Assembly: GCA_947085505.1 (NCBI GenBank)
Contig: CAMTWI010000004.1
Coordinates: 193,800 to 257,799, forward strand
Direction of reading: 5' to 3'
Source of the DNA: an uncultured bacterium
Lineage (GTDB): Bacteria; Patescibacteriota; Minisyncoccia; Phycocordibacterales; Phycocordibacteraceae
DNA length: 64,000 nucleotides
Part shown: positions 8,646 to 18,018 of the stretch, in pieces
Layout: every line of letters begins with the position of its first letter
Numbering within the stretch: the first letter of the stretch is position 1
Notes under the pieces: model-generated
The model's input: the letters and a program-made list of their open reading frames with translations, nothing else
What the model was told of the DNA's origin: nothing
Databases searched by the model: none
Program-made: the position numbers and the translations under genes

Positions 8646-10319
8646 TTATTCGAAATACTCTGGCGCCGTCTGATACAACCGTGTTAGGGCCGTGTGAGTA
8701 GCAAAGATGCCGCCGATCGAATTAGTCGACGGACCCCGCTCCATAACTACAACAAAGGCATACTTTGGTTTATCGTACGGAAAGTATCCTATGGCCCATG
8801 AGTTATAGAACTCGTTATTCACCCCGAGCTGTGCGGTACCTGTCTTGGCTGCAACCTTCACAAAGGAAAGGTCGTTGAGCCCTATTGCGGTTCCCTCGGT
8901 TGTTGTCATGCGCATACCTTCCTGTGCTACACGTATTGCAGCCTGGCTAATTGGGATAGTTTGACCCTGAAGCGGTGCGTCCTTCACCAAGGTTGGCTTA
9001 ACTAGCTTGCCGCCGTTTGCAACCGCTGCAGTGCCGCGGGCTGCCGCAAGAGGTGTTATCTGCATCGCATACTGCCCTATGGCGGTGTTATAGGTGTCAC
9101 CCAGACGCCATGGATCCCCAAACCTTTCTTCTTTCCATGCGGGAGTTGGTACGAAGCCCGTTGCCTCCCCAGAAAGCTCTATACCCGTAGGACTTGTGAA
9201 GCCGAACGCGTCATACCAGTACTTAAGGCGTTCAATACCGAGTCCTTTCACTTCCCTATACCCGCCACCAATGGCATAGAAATACACGTCCGAAGAAACA
9301 GCAACCGCACGCCTGGCATCCACCCGTCCATGCGCCTTCCAGTCCTTAAAGATTGAAGGACGGGACGGGTCGTACGGATTTGGGATGCTAATGGAACCCG
9401 TAGAAACAATACTCCAGTCCGCTGTTACAACACCATCTGAGAGTGCCCCTGCAACCTCCATAGGTTTTATAATCGATCCTGGGGTATAGAGCCCCGACAC
9501 CGCGCGATCAAGATACACCCGTCGTGGGTTTGTCTGATACGACGCGATTACGCTCGATGGGCCGCCGGACGAAAGTACGTTCGGGTCATACTCAGGATAC
9601 GAAACAAGCGCATGTACTTCTCCGGTGTTCACGTCCATAAGAATTGCTGAGCCACCAAGAAATGGGATGCGGTCCGCGAGTTCCTGAATGGAGCTGGCGA
9701 ACGCGCGCTGCGCCCTGGCATCTATTGAGAGCGTTACGGTCTCTCCCTTCTCTGCCGGCTTCACCGTTCCTGAAGACTGAAGAGCGCCGTGTGCATTTTC
9801 CTCAACGAGAAGCGTTCCATTCTCTCCAGAAAGCACGTCATCCATCGCCTCCTCAACACCATTCAATCCTTTAATCACTGTTTCATAGAAATTGCCGGAC
9901 GAATCCCTTTTTGGATATGAGACGTAGCCCAAGAGATGCGAGAAGCCAGGATACTCGTATACGCGACGAACAAATCCATCGTGTCCTTCCTCGTTATAAA
10001 CGAGCGCGTTCCCGTTACGATCAACAATGGCACCCCGCTCTGCAAAAAGGACCTGGGGCCGTAGACGGTTGCGTTCACTTCTCTCTGCATACTCACTTCC
10101 CTGCAATATCTGCAAAGATGCCGCCTGCATCATGAGCGCCATAAACATAAGGATCGCAACAAACCCTATACCAGTGAACGTGGAGGGCTCGATCGGTTTC
10201 TCGAACTTCCCTTCAAGCCGGCTTTGATCGAATCCAGACAGGTTTGATGAATCCAAGAATATCTCGTCTGGATCGAGTTCGTATTTTCGTTTCTTCTTTA
10301 CGCGACGCCCGAGAATCAT
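8646..10319 (-). CDS. mrdA: penicillin-binding protein 2 (elongasome transpeptidase)
   Basis: SxxK (GSIIKPM), SSD and KTGTAQ motifs. Lies immediately downstream of mreBCD. Confidence 0.8.
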   Translation of the reverse strand: MILGRRVKKKRKYELDPDEIFLDSSNLSGFDQSRLEGKFEKPIEPSTFTGIGFVAILMFMALMMQAASLQILQGSEYAERSERNRLRPQVLFAERGAIVDRNGNALVYNEEGHDGFVRRVYEYPGFSHLLGYVSYPKRDSSGNFYETVIKGLNGVEEAMDDVLSGENGTLLVEENAHGALQSSGTVKPAEKGETVTLSIDARAQRAFASSIQELADRIPFLGGSAILMDVNTGEVHALVSYPEYDPNVLSSGGPSSVIASYQTNPRRVYLDRAVSGLYTPGSIIKPMEVAGALSDGVVTADWSIVSTGSISIPNPYDPSRPSIFKDWKAHGRVDARRAVAVSSDVYFYAIGGGYREVKGLGIERLKYWYDAFGFTSPTGIELSGEATGFVPTPAWKEERFGDPWRLGDTYNTAIGQYAMQITPLAAARGTAAVANGGKLVKPTLVKDAPLQGQTIPISQAAIRVAQEGMRMTTTEGTAIGLNDLSFVKVAAKTGTAQLGVNNEFYNSWAIGYFPYDKPKYAFVVVMERGPSTNSIGGIFATHTALTRLYQTAPEYFE

Positions 10320-10588
10320 CCTTCCATGATACGCGTCTTCACGAAGCGATGCACGAGGAGTGAAAGAACGAAAGAAAGTATGCCGAAGAGCGTAAAATAC
10401 GGCACAAACGCTGCTCCAGGCGAGTAGTATACGAGATCAGCTATGAGACCAAACGCGAGCCCAGCTGGCGGCACCATGAGACTTGCTGCAAAGATTGCGA
10501 CAAGCCCCACCTGCCACGGAAATATGAAAAGGGATATGAGTGCAATAAAAGATGTCATGGCGCGAATCATGGAGTAATGGTGATCCAC
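10316..10588 (-). CDS. mreD: MreD-like small polytopic membrane protein
   Basis: 90 aa with about 3 TM segments, located between mreC and mrdA. The call is positional. Confidence 0.5.
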   Translation of the reverse strand: MDHHYSMIRAMTSFIALISLFIFPWQVGLVAIFAASLMVPPAGLAFGLIADLVYYSPGAAFVPYFTLFGILSFVLSLLVHRFVKTRIMEG

Positions 10589-11355
10589 GTCACAGAGAAC
10601 GGATTAAGAAGCGGACGGATATCGACTCTCGAACGCGGCGATGACGGATCATTCCCTACCGCAATCACCGAACCGACAGGAAGTGCACCAGGGCCTGACG
10701 CAAACACAAGGTCCCCGACACTGATACCCGCCTCACGCGCGACTATTGCACTCATAGCGCCGCTCCCCTCGCCAATAAGCGTTACAGGTATACGTGCCTC
10801 GCCAATCCAACTCTCGGTCTCTTTGCCCGGTGTTGAGTATAGAAGAATACGTGCCGAGTTTTTCGTTACACTTTCTACTTCTCCAAGCGGCATACCGCCC
10901 GGCCCATCCGCGCGGCTGCCAACTGATACTCGTGCATTGCTCCCGGCATTGACTATAAGCACATCGTAGGGCGAGACCGGAGGACGAGACAGTACGCCCG
11001 CAAGAATACCATCAATTGGCTCTGTGCGACCCCCGAGAAGTCGTTCAAGGTCCTTTACTTTCGCATCAAGCTGAACATTCTTTGCATAGTAGGCAGCATT
11101 GTCAGCTAGGAGGCGATCACGCTCATTGGTAAGGATTGCTTTATCAGTGAAGAACGAGCTAACGTTCCCAGCACCTACAGAAAGAGACGATCCAATACTC
11201 CAAACTGGTGACACTATCGCAACGAGTACCCCGGGAAGAAGAAAGCGAAGCACTGCGAATATAAGTACGAGCACCAACAACACAAGCGCCACAGGTCCAA
11301 GCCATGGCATGCTGCCCACGAGCGAGTTATGCCTTCGGGAGAATTGCTTCTTCAT
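10567..11355 (-). CDS. mreC: rod shape-determining protein MreC
   Basis: N-terminal TM segment, a coiled coil (RDRLLADNAAYYAKNVQLDAKVKDLE) and a beta-rich C-domain. Start chosen at MKKQFSRR. Confidence 0.7.
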   Translation of the reverse strand: MKKQFSRRHNSLVGSMPWLGPVALVLLVLVLIFAVLRFLLPGVLVAIVSPVWSIGSSLSVGAGNVSSFFTDKAILTNERDRLLADNAAYYAKNVQLDAKVKDLERLLGGRTEPIDGILAGVLSRPPVSPYDVLIVNAGSNARVSVGSRADGPGGMPLGEVESVTKNSARILLYSTPGKETESWIGEARIPVTLIGEGSGAMSAIVAREAGISVGDLVFASGPGALPVGSVIAVGNDPSSPRSRVDIRPLLNPFSVTWITITP

Positions 11356-12388
11356 GCATAAAGGCGTCATTCCATGGACGCGGATCTTCTGTTACAACAC
11401 CCGTACCTCGCACAACCGCCGTTAACGGGTCAGATGCGACGTGCACCGGCACGCCAAGCATCTTCGCAAGGAGCTCTGGAAGACCTCGCAGAAGCGCACC
11501 ACCCCCAAAGACCGTTACACCTCGCTCAAGAACGTCAGAAAGAAGCTCGGGCGGTGTCCTCTCAATAACCTCCTTCATTGCTTCAGAAAGCGCGTCCAGG
11601 GACGGCGAAAGTGCCTCACGCATATGCGTGTCGTTCAGGATTATCTCGCGCGGAAGCCCGGTAGCTAGATCACGGCCACGGATCGCTCTCTCGAGACTGG
11701 TCTGGAGCGGGAGCACTGCACCAATAGCAATCTTGGTGTCTTCGGCTGTCTTCTCGCCAATAGCGAGCTGGAACTCGCTCCGCACATAGTCAATGATGTT
11801 CTCGTTGAAGCGATCTCCCGCAACCTGGGAACTCTTCCCTGCCACAGATCCCCCGAGCGCAATAACCGCGATGTCAGTGGTGCCTGCACCAATATCAAGC
11901 ACCATGGTTCCAACTGGCTCCATAACAGGAAGCTTTGCGCCGATAGCACCCGCCATGGGTTCCTCGAGTATGAATACCTCCCGTGCGCCAGCAGTCATCG
12001 CGGCGTCGCGCACGGCACGAGATTCAACGTTTGTAACGCCCGTAGGAACGCCCACCACAACACGTGGTCCAAAGAGGCGCGAGCGCCCGCCCTGTGCCTT
12101 GTTTATGAAATACGCGAGCAGCTCCTCAGTTACTTCAAAGTCTGAGATAACCCCGTGCGACAACGGACGAATAGCGCGGATGTGCGGCGGGGTCTTACCA
12201 AGCATAGCTTTCGCTTCCTTTCCGACCGCCACCATTTGGCCAGTCTTCTCGTTCACGGTTACTACCGAAGGCTCCGAGATAACGATGCCGCGTCCACGCA
12301 CATAGACGAGCGTGTTTCCGGTACCGAGATCAATACCAATGTCGGTTGAGAACAAAGAGTTCCGAGAAAATCGGTTGCCTTTAGCCAT
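11327..12388 (-). CDS. mreB: rod shape-determining protein MreB
   Basis: Actin-fold motifs DIGIDLGTGNTLVYV and DIGAGTTDIAV. Confidence 0.9.
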   Translation of the reverse strand: MAKGNRFSRNSLFSTDIGIDLGTGNTLVYVRGRGIVISEPSVVTVNEKTGQMVAVGKEAKAMLGKTPPHIRAIRPLSHGVISDFEVTEELLAYFINKAQGGRSRLFGPRVVVGVPTGVTNVESRAVRDAAMTAGAREVFILEEPMAGAIGAKLPVMEPVGTMVLDIGAGTTDIAVIALGGSVAGKSSQVAGDRFNENIIDYVRSEFQLAIGEKTAEDTKIAIGAVLPLQTSLERAIRGRDLATGLPREIILNDTHMREALSPSLDALSEAMKEVIERTPPELLSDVLERGVTVFGGGALLRGLPELLAKMLGVPVHVASDPLTAVVRGTGVVTEDPRPWNDAFMHEEAILPKA

Positions 12389-12390
12389 AC

Positions 12391-13629
12391 CTAACGTGCA
12401 AGCAACTCTTCTCGGGTAAGTTTCGACACGTCACCGGTTGCACGAGTAACAAACTCGAAGGAACCAGTTGCTACTGCCTCCTTGCCCACATTAATGCGGT
12501 ACGGGATGCCGATAAGGTCAGAATCCGCAAACTTCTCTCCCGCGCGTGCGTCCCTATCGTCATAGAGGACCGAAGAATTCTTTTCGAGCGTTTCGTACAG
12601 CTCGTCTGCAAGCTTTAGGACCTCCGGATCGTTTCCAAGGGACACGAGGTGGTAGCGGAATGGCGCAATCGCTTCCGGCCACACAAGACCCTTCTCGTCA
12701 GATAGGGTCTCCGCAATGATACCCATGAGCCTGGTCGGGCCAATGCCGTAGCTTCCCATAACAACGTGCTTCTTCTCGCCGTCCTCTGCCATGTAGGTAA
12801 GACCAAGCGGCTCTGAGAATCGCGTACCAAGGTTAAAGATATTCCCGGCTTCAATTGCCATCTTCTCTACGAGTGCTGACTTCTCAAGACCCAGCTTCTC
12901 AAGCGCTGCATCCGTCATCACTTCCTTGTTAACCGCGATACCCTTTGCCTCGTCCACGTAGATTGTGTCCTCGCCCGCGTCAGACACCGTCTGAAACTCT
13001 TCCGAGAATTCGCTGAAGATGCCGCCTGATGCAAACGTTACGTACGTGCGGTCTCCAACACCCGCTCTTTCAAACACGTTCTTGTACGCTTCCCTCGCCT
13101 TTGCAAAGAATGCTTCGTGCTCGCTCTCGTCCTTAGAGAACGAGTAGAGGTCTTTCATGAGGAATTCCTTTCCACGCATGATGCCGGACTTTGCACGAAG
13201 CTCATTCCTGAACTTGTTCTGGAACTGATACGCATATACCGGAAGATCGCGATACGACGCAATGTGTTCCTTCATGATGCGCGTGATCGGTTCCTCGTGC
13301 GTTATAGCAAGACCAGTCTCGCCACCCGACTTGAATTCAGTCTTGAACCAGATATCAAGTTTCTTCTCGTCCCAGCGATCGGTCTTTATCCAAGGCTCCT
13401 TATCCTGGAGTGCAGTTAGGACCATTTCCTGCCCGCCAATCTTATTCATCTCCTCGCGGATAATCTGGACGATGTTGTTCAGTACTTTGAGCCCAAGCGG
13501 GAGATACGTGTATACGCCCGCAATCTCCTTGTGTACAAATCCAGCACGAATGAGGAGCTGCGCGTTCTTCGCTTCCTCGTCTGAAGGGTTGTCCCTTCGG
13601 GTTCTCGTGAATAGCTGGCTTTGGCGCAT
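12391..13629 (-). CDS. proS: proline--tRNA ligase (short form lacking the bacterial INS domain)
   Basis: QLFTRTRRDNPSDEEAKNAQLLIRAGF and class II motifs. Start trimmed to MRQSQLF. Confidence 0.8.
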   Translation of the reverse strand: MRQSQLFTRTRRDNPSDEEAKNAQLLIRAGFVHKEIAGVYTYLPLGLKVLNNIVQIIREEMNKIGGQEMVLTALQDKEPWIKTDRWDEKKLDIWFKTEFKSGGETGLAITHEEPITRIMKEHIASYRDLPVYAYQFQNKFRNELRAKSGIMRGKEFLMKDLYSFSKDESEHEAFFAKAREAYKNVFERAGVGDRTYVTFASGGIFSEFSEEFQTVSDAGEDTIYVDEAKGIAVNKEVMTDAALEKLGLEKSALVEKMAIEAGNIFNLGTRFSEPLGLTYMAEDGEKKHVVMGSYGIGPTRLMGIIAETLSDEKGLVWPEAIAPFRYHLVSLGNDPEVLKLADELYETLEKNSSVLYDDRDARAGEKFADSDLIGIPYRINVGKEAVATGSFEFVTRATGDVSKLTREELLAR

Positions 13630-13676
13630 AGTCCTTTCAGTATACGGGTCTGTCCCCCACACCGCAAAAGCCGTGT

Positions 13677-14279
13677 TTACTCCCCTACAGTCTTGATTTC
13701 AGCTATTAATTCTGGGAACTCAAGCTGCATAAAATGGCCTCTGTCCGTAAAAATTCGGGTCTTGGCCTTGGGTAAGAGTCTCTGGTACTTTTCATACGCA
13801 TCCGACGGGACAATAGAATCGTCCATACTGTGGTAGATGAAAATCTCGCCACCTCTTTTCTCTACTCCACCAAGCGATTCGGGAAGAACGAAGTCCGCAA
13901 GTGAATAGTCTGTATCCTCAGTGTCGAACGGTGCAGCTACCAGAAAGGTTGCGAGTACTCGAACCGGCATTTCATGTTCGTTCAAATACTTTGCAAGAAA
14001 AATTCCTCCGAGAGAATGGCCAACAAGTACCACCCCATCGTTAAGATGAGGAATAACCTTTTCGAACCAAATCGACCACTCTAGAAATTTCGCATTATAT
14101 TTGCTCGGCATTGACGGCATGAATACTTCCCACTCGTCTCCAAGTTTTTCCGGCAAGGTATGCTTCCAGCGCTTTTGTGATTCCTTCGTAGGCTCATAGG
14201 TCCACGAACGCAAGGCGTCTACGTAATCCTCGTACGCATTGAATGTTTCGCCTCCGTGGATGAAGACTAGCTGCCTCAT
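13677..14279 (-). CDS. alpha/beta serine hydrolase, YdeN/RBBP9-like
   Basis: Nucleophile elbow GHSLGG. About 200 aa. Confidence 0.6.
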   Translation of the reverse strand: MRQLVFIHGGETFNAYEDYVDALRSWTYEPTKESQKRWKHTLPEKLGDEWEVFMPSMPSKYNAKFLEWSIWFEKVIPHLNDGVVLVGHSLGGIFLAKYLNEHEMPVRVLATFLVAAPFDTEDTDYSLADFVLPESLGGVEKRGGEIFIYHSMDDSIVPSDAYEKYQRLLPKAKTRIFTDRGHFMQLEFPELIAEIKTVGE

Positions 14280-14281
14280 GA

Positions 14282-15379
14282 CTAGGTGACTATCTTGAAG
14301 ATATCGCTCGCTGTAATCACAAGCATCAACCCAATGAGAAGAAGGAACCCGATGCCGTTCACTGCGTTGGCTAAGGATGGCTTAATAGGACGACGTGTAA
14401 TTGCTTCGATAATAACGAAAAGGAGTCTGCCACCATCAAGCGCTGGGATTGGAAGGAGGTTGATGAGTGCAAGGTTTATAGAGATGAGCGCGGTTATGGT
14501 CATGAGCGCTGCTAACCCGTTATCCGATGCCGTACCAACGGCGCCCGCAATACCAACCGGTCCTGCTACCTGCGAGAGGTCCGCGCTTAGTGTGAAGACA
14601 CTGCCAAAGAAATGAACGAGCGCTATCGCTGTTTGCTTTGTAAGTTCCCATGTAAGGATTGCTCCTTCAATCGGGGCCTCATACCACGGGGTAGCTACAG
14701 TACCAACCGCTGACAGGCCGATACCAAGTGCCGCACGGTCTGGCTCCGATGGAATAATGCCTGCCTTCGGTGTAACTTCAATCGTCTTCGTTTCGTCTCC
14801 ACTCTTAACGGTCAATGTAATCGGGGTTCCTGTCTCGTTCTGGTTAAGGAGCGCCATGAAGGCCGTTGGCTGCGGGCCTGCGTACTGACCTTGAGGAGAG
14901 ATGGTCTCGAGAATGAAATCTCCGGCCTTAAGTCCGGCTTCAGCTGCCGGAGACCCGCTTACGACACTTGCAATCGCCAACTCAGCGTCAGGAGCGTTTA
15001 GTGCCTGCTCGTCAGTAAGTGCACGAGTCGTGCCCATCCCAAGCGTTAAGGTAATGAGTAGGTACGCAAAGAATAGGTTCATCGCGATACCGGCAACAAG
15101 CACAAGCGCCTGAAGAATACGGGGCTTTGAACCAAACGAACGCGGTGCATGCTCCTCTCCTGGCTCCGGGTCCTCACCAAATATCTTTACAAAGCCGCCA
15201 AATGGCAGCCAATTGAGGGTGTACTCAGTCTCCCCTATCTTCTTCCCCCAGGCCTTCGGAGGATAGCCGATGCCGAACTCGTCCACGCGCATGCCGGATG
15301 CTTTAGCGGCAACAAAATGACCGAACTCATGCACAACGATAAGTGCAATGAGGACGAGGATGAAGATAATGATTGTCAT
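14282..15379 (-). CDS. rseP: site-2 protease RseP (M50 zinc metalloprotease with PDZ)
   Basis: HEFGH in the first TM segment, a central PDZ-like segment and a C-terminal LNLLPIPALDGG motif. Confidence 0.85.
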   Translation of the reverse strand: MTIIIFILVLIALIVVHEFGHFVAAKASGMRVDEFGIGYPPKAWGKKIGETEYTLNWLPFGGFVKIFGEDPEPGEEHAPRSFGSKPRILQALVLVAGIAMNLFFAYLLITLTLGMGTTRALTDEQALNAPDAELAIASVVSGSPAAEAGLKAGDFILETISPQGQYAGPQPTAFMALLNQNETGTPITLTVKSGDETKTIEVTPKAGIIPSEPDRAALGIGLSAVGTVATPWYEAPIEGAILTWELTKQTAIALVHFFGSVFTLSADLSQVAGPVGIAGAVGTASDNGLAALMTITALISINLALINLLPIPALDGGRLLFVIIEAITRRPIKPSLANAVNGIGFLLLIGLMLVITASDIFKIVT

Positions 15380-15382
15380 GGG

Positions 15383-15937
15383 TTATTGAGATACTTCCGT
15401 TTCCTTCCTCTTAAAGAGCGCCTCGAGTGCTTCGTTTCCCTTGTCGATCTTCTTCTGCACCTCTTCCTTGAAACGTGCGAGCTCGTCTTTGCCCATGCCA
15501 CCCTCCTTCTCAGCAGCATCAAGTGCCTTCAAAGTATCAGTACGATGTCCGCGAAGCGTAATACGCGCGCCCTCGAGTTTCTCGTTCGCAACTTTAAGTA
15601 GCATGGTGCGACGCTCTGCAGTTAGTTCTGGGAACGTAACGCGAAGGCCTTGATCGTCAGAACCGACCCCCACCCCGAGGTTCGCATTCTGAATTGCTGC
15701 CTCAATAATCTTTGTTAAGGACTTATCCCACGGCACGATGCGAAGGGTTCGGGCGTCTTCAATGTTCACGGCCGCAACCTGATTAATCGGTGTGCGCGTC
15801 CCGTATACCTCGGGCTTAATCGTGTCGAGAATTGCCGGGGTTGCGCGCCCAGTGCGGACGCTTGAAAGCTCGCGGACAAGCCACTCCTCAGTCTCCTTAA
15901 TGCTCTGGTCTAAAGTTTTGAAATCAAATGACGCCAT
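15383..15937 (-). CDS. frr: ribosome recycling factor
   Basis: Typical 184-aa RRF sequence (LSSVRTGRATPAILD...). Confidence 0.9.
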   Translation of the reverse strand: MASFDFKTLDQSIKETEEWLVRELSSVRTGRATPAILDTIKPEVYGTRTPINQVAAVNIEDARTLRIVPWDKSLTKIIEAAIQNANLGVGVGSDDQGLRVTFPELTAERRTMLLKVANEKLEGARITLRGHRTDTLKALDAAEKEGGMGKDELARFKEEVQKKIDKGNEALEALFKRKETEVSQ

Positions 15938-15952
15938 ATACGGCCTAGTGTA

Positions 15953-16651
15953 TCACTTCCAGAGATTCTCGGGCATAACGATGAGAATGTGCTCGAAGAT
16001 GAGCTTTAGAGGGGCGGAACTTGTGTGGAGTATTGGCATGAATGTATTGAGGTCTCGCAGGAACACAATGAGGTTTTCGGCTTCCTCGCCTTTTGCTTTC
16101 AACAACGTTAGGTGCGTAACACGTATTAAACCCTCGACAATACGGACCGCTTCCATGCGAGCCGCCTGCTTGTCCTCGTCTTTGTTGTCAGACTTCACGC
16201 GACTAACCAGCTTTGCAACCATCTTCTCGCGCTCAGTACGTGTACTACTCAGGAAAATACGTGCGGTCTCGTCTATCTCTCCTTTTGCGCGAGGAAGCTC
16301 GATGAGTCTTGAGCGGAGTGTCGGCAACAACATTCCTTCGGCCGGAACAACAAGAATGAGTGTTGTTCCCTCGCTTGGCTCTTCAAAAAGCTTGAGTAGC
16401 GCGTTCTGTGCCGGGGGAAAGAGCCTCCCTGCTGCGATAACGATGAGCTTCTTGTCGCCCTCAACAGGAGCCTGAGATGCGAATGTGATTATCCTGCGTG
16501 CGTGATCAATTGGAAACAGGCCTTCGTATGAAAAGATCGCAAGATCTGGGTGGCCTGTGCCTGCAATATCGAGCTTTTCTTCAGCGAATGCTCTAGCGGC
16601 AAGGATACCGGCCTTGGGTGCTCCAATATAGAGATACGCATGATGCGCCAT
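15953..16651 (-). CDS. holB: DNA polymerase III delta' subunit-like (HolB)
   Basis: HAYLYIG ... QNALLKLFEEPSEGTTLILV ... LPTLRSR. The 387-aa ORF is trimmed to ATG 16651. The upstream part overlaps a + strand gene and looks non-coding. Confidence 0.7.
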   Translation of the reverse strand: MAHHAYLYIGAPKAGILAARAFAEEKLDIAGTGHPDLAIFSYEGLFPIDHARRIITFASQAPVEGDKKLIVIAAGRLFPPAQNALLKLFEEPSEGTTLILVVPAEGMLLPTLRSRLIELPRAKGEIDETARIFLSSTRTEREKMVAKLVSRVKSDNKDEDKQAARMEAVRIVEGLIRVTHLTLLKAKGEEAENLIVFLRDLNTFMPILHTSSAPLKLIFEHILIVMPENLWK

Positions 16652-16706
16652 AAAGGCATTGTATCCTGGTGCTACACTTTCTCCATAGGAGTAACCTCTC
16701 AAGGAT

Positions 16707-17165
16707 ATGAACAGGAACGTAGTCGTAGGCATCGTCGTGGTACTCGCGCTCGCTGTTGTGGGTTGGTGGTACTTGGCCATGATGGTGCCTGTGCAGACAT
16801 TGCCGCAGGAAATGTCACCAGAAGGTACGGGAGCTAAAGTCTCAACAGTCCAGACCTCCATGGATCTCTCGGGTACGTGGCGAAGCAAACAGGATGCACG
16901 CTTCGTTCGTGTCTTCGCTGTCGATGGCACTATCACTGACCGATACGAAGGAGACGACAGCGCAACGGTTACCGGTACCTGGAACGTTGTTGAGGATCTC
17001 GCACGCGAGCGGCCCGAGCTCGTCGTTAACGGGAACGTGCAGGTCATCAGGGTACAGTTCGCTGAAGAGATGCTGTATTTCGCAATAGCAGCGCTTACGG
17101 AAACTGATCTCTCCATGATCTACCTCTCAGGCAACGGTTCGTTAGAATTCGAGCGAGTAAATTAA
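16707..17165 (+). CDS. membrane-anchored hypothetical protein
   Basis: N-terminal TM segment (VVVGIVVVLALAVVGWWYLAMM) followed by a beta-rich domain. Its own terminator follows. Confidence 0.6.
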   Translation: MNRNVVVGIVVVLALAVVGWWYLAMMVPVQTLPQEMSPEGTGAKVSTVQTSMDLSGTWRSKQDARFVRVFAVDGTITDRYEGDDSATVTGTWNVVEDLARERPELVVNGNVQVIRVQFAEEMLYFAIAALTETDLSMIYLSGNGSLEFERVN

Positions 17166-17183
17166 GCTCAGCCACTGTGTAGT

Positions 17184-17209
17184 AAAAGACCCGCTCGTGC
17201 GGGTCTTTT
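17184..17209. terminator. hairpin terminator
   Basis: aaaa-gacccgc-tcgt-gcgggtc-tttt. Confidence 0.75.
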
Positions 17210-17214
17210 ACTGT

Positions 17215-17242
17215 TTGACAAAATCAATATTTAGTCTATACT
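17215..17242 (+). promoter_or_regulatory. near-consensus sigma70 promoter for 17301..17963
   Basis: TTGACA 17215-17220, 16-nt spacer, TATACT 17237-17242. GGAGGA lies 7 nt before ATG 17301. Confidence 0.6.
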
Positions 17243-17300
17243 GTTTATCAGTCTGTGCGGTGCGTTCAGCCGCTAAACCCTATTTCTGGAGGATCCGCTG

Positions 17301-17963
17301 ATGCGCAATCGCGCTTTTGCCCTTTTCGCTTCTATCATCACCATGGCCGCTACGCCTGCGTTCGCGCAGGAAGCCAGCGGTCCGAGCTTCGAAGTCGGCG
17401 GCGGTGTGGCCTCGGGGTTCTTGTATCCCGACCAAGCCACTGTCTTCTCCGAGCGGACGACCGCTACGTTCGATGCCACCGTCTGTTCGGGCGGCTGGTG
17501 CGGCACCATCTGGACCGCCCAGACTGGAGAGTCGGAAACCAGCGAGACCGATCTGATCGTCTCGCGCGAATTCGACACCGGCCCGGTGACCATCCGTCTC
17601 CAAGGCGGCTACTACCTGGTCGCCGGCGAGGACATCTGGTCCGGCATCACTTCGGCGACGCTGCCCGTGTCCGACTCGCTGTCAATCACGGCCTCCTACG
17701 AGGTCATGGGCGGCGGATACGAAACCAACGTCGCGAAGCTCGCGGGCAACTACGAGCATTCGTTCACGGACCGGGTCGTTGGCGACATTGAAGTGGCGAT
17801 CAGCCACGACACGTCGATTGACGCCCAGGTGTGGAGCTACGAAGTCGGCGTTTCCTACGCCCTGACGGAGGAGCTTACGGTCCGCGGCTACGCGCAGGGC
17901 TTCGAGAGTCAAGTCGGCGACGGCTACATCGTCGGCGTCGACGTTCGTCGGCGGTGGCCATAG
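17301..17963 (+). CDS. secreted beta-barrel-like protein resembling proteobacterial outer-membrane proteins; GC-rich, compositionally foreign
   Basis: Signal peptide MRNRAFALFASIITMAATPAFAQE. Alternating aromatic/Gly beta-strand pattern. GC3-rich codons, unlike the neighbouring genes. Confidence 0.6.
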   Translation: MRNRAFALFASIITMAATPAFAQEASGPSFEVGGGVASGFLYPDQATVFSERTTATFDATVCSGGWCGTIWTAQTGESETSETDLIVSREFDTGPVTIRLQGGYYLVAGEDIWSGITSATLPVSDSLSITASYEVMGGGYETNVAKLAGNYEHSFTDRVVGDIEVAISHDTSIDAQVWSYEVGVSYALTEELTVRGYAQGFESQVGDGYIVGVDVRRRWP

Positions 17964-17975
17964 AGCACACTATAC

Positions 17976-18010
17976 AAAAGGGCCCCGAGCAATCTTGCAC
18001 GGGGCCCTTC
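17976..18010. terminator. bidirectional hairpin terminator
   Basis: aaaa-gggccccg-(12-nt loop)-cggggccc-tt. The stem is identical to that of terminator 8051-8081. Confidence 0.65.
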
Positions 18011-18018
18011 ATGTATAC

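Noticed and set aside
16652-17116. N-terminal 155-aa extension of the holB ORF (the 387-aa version)
   Set aside because: The extension is Ser/Thr/Pro-rich with no homology pattern. It overlaps the well-supported + strand gene 16707..17165, and ATG 16651 has a TACAAT box 6 nt upstream.
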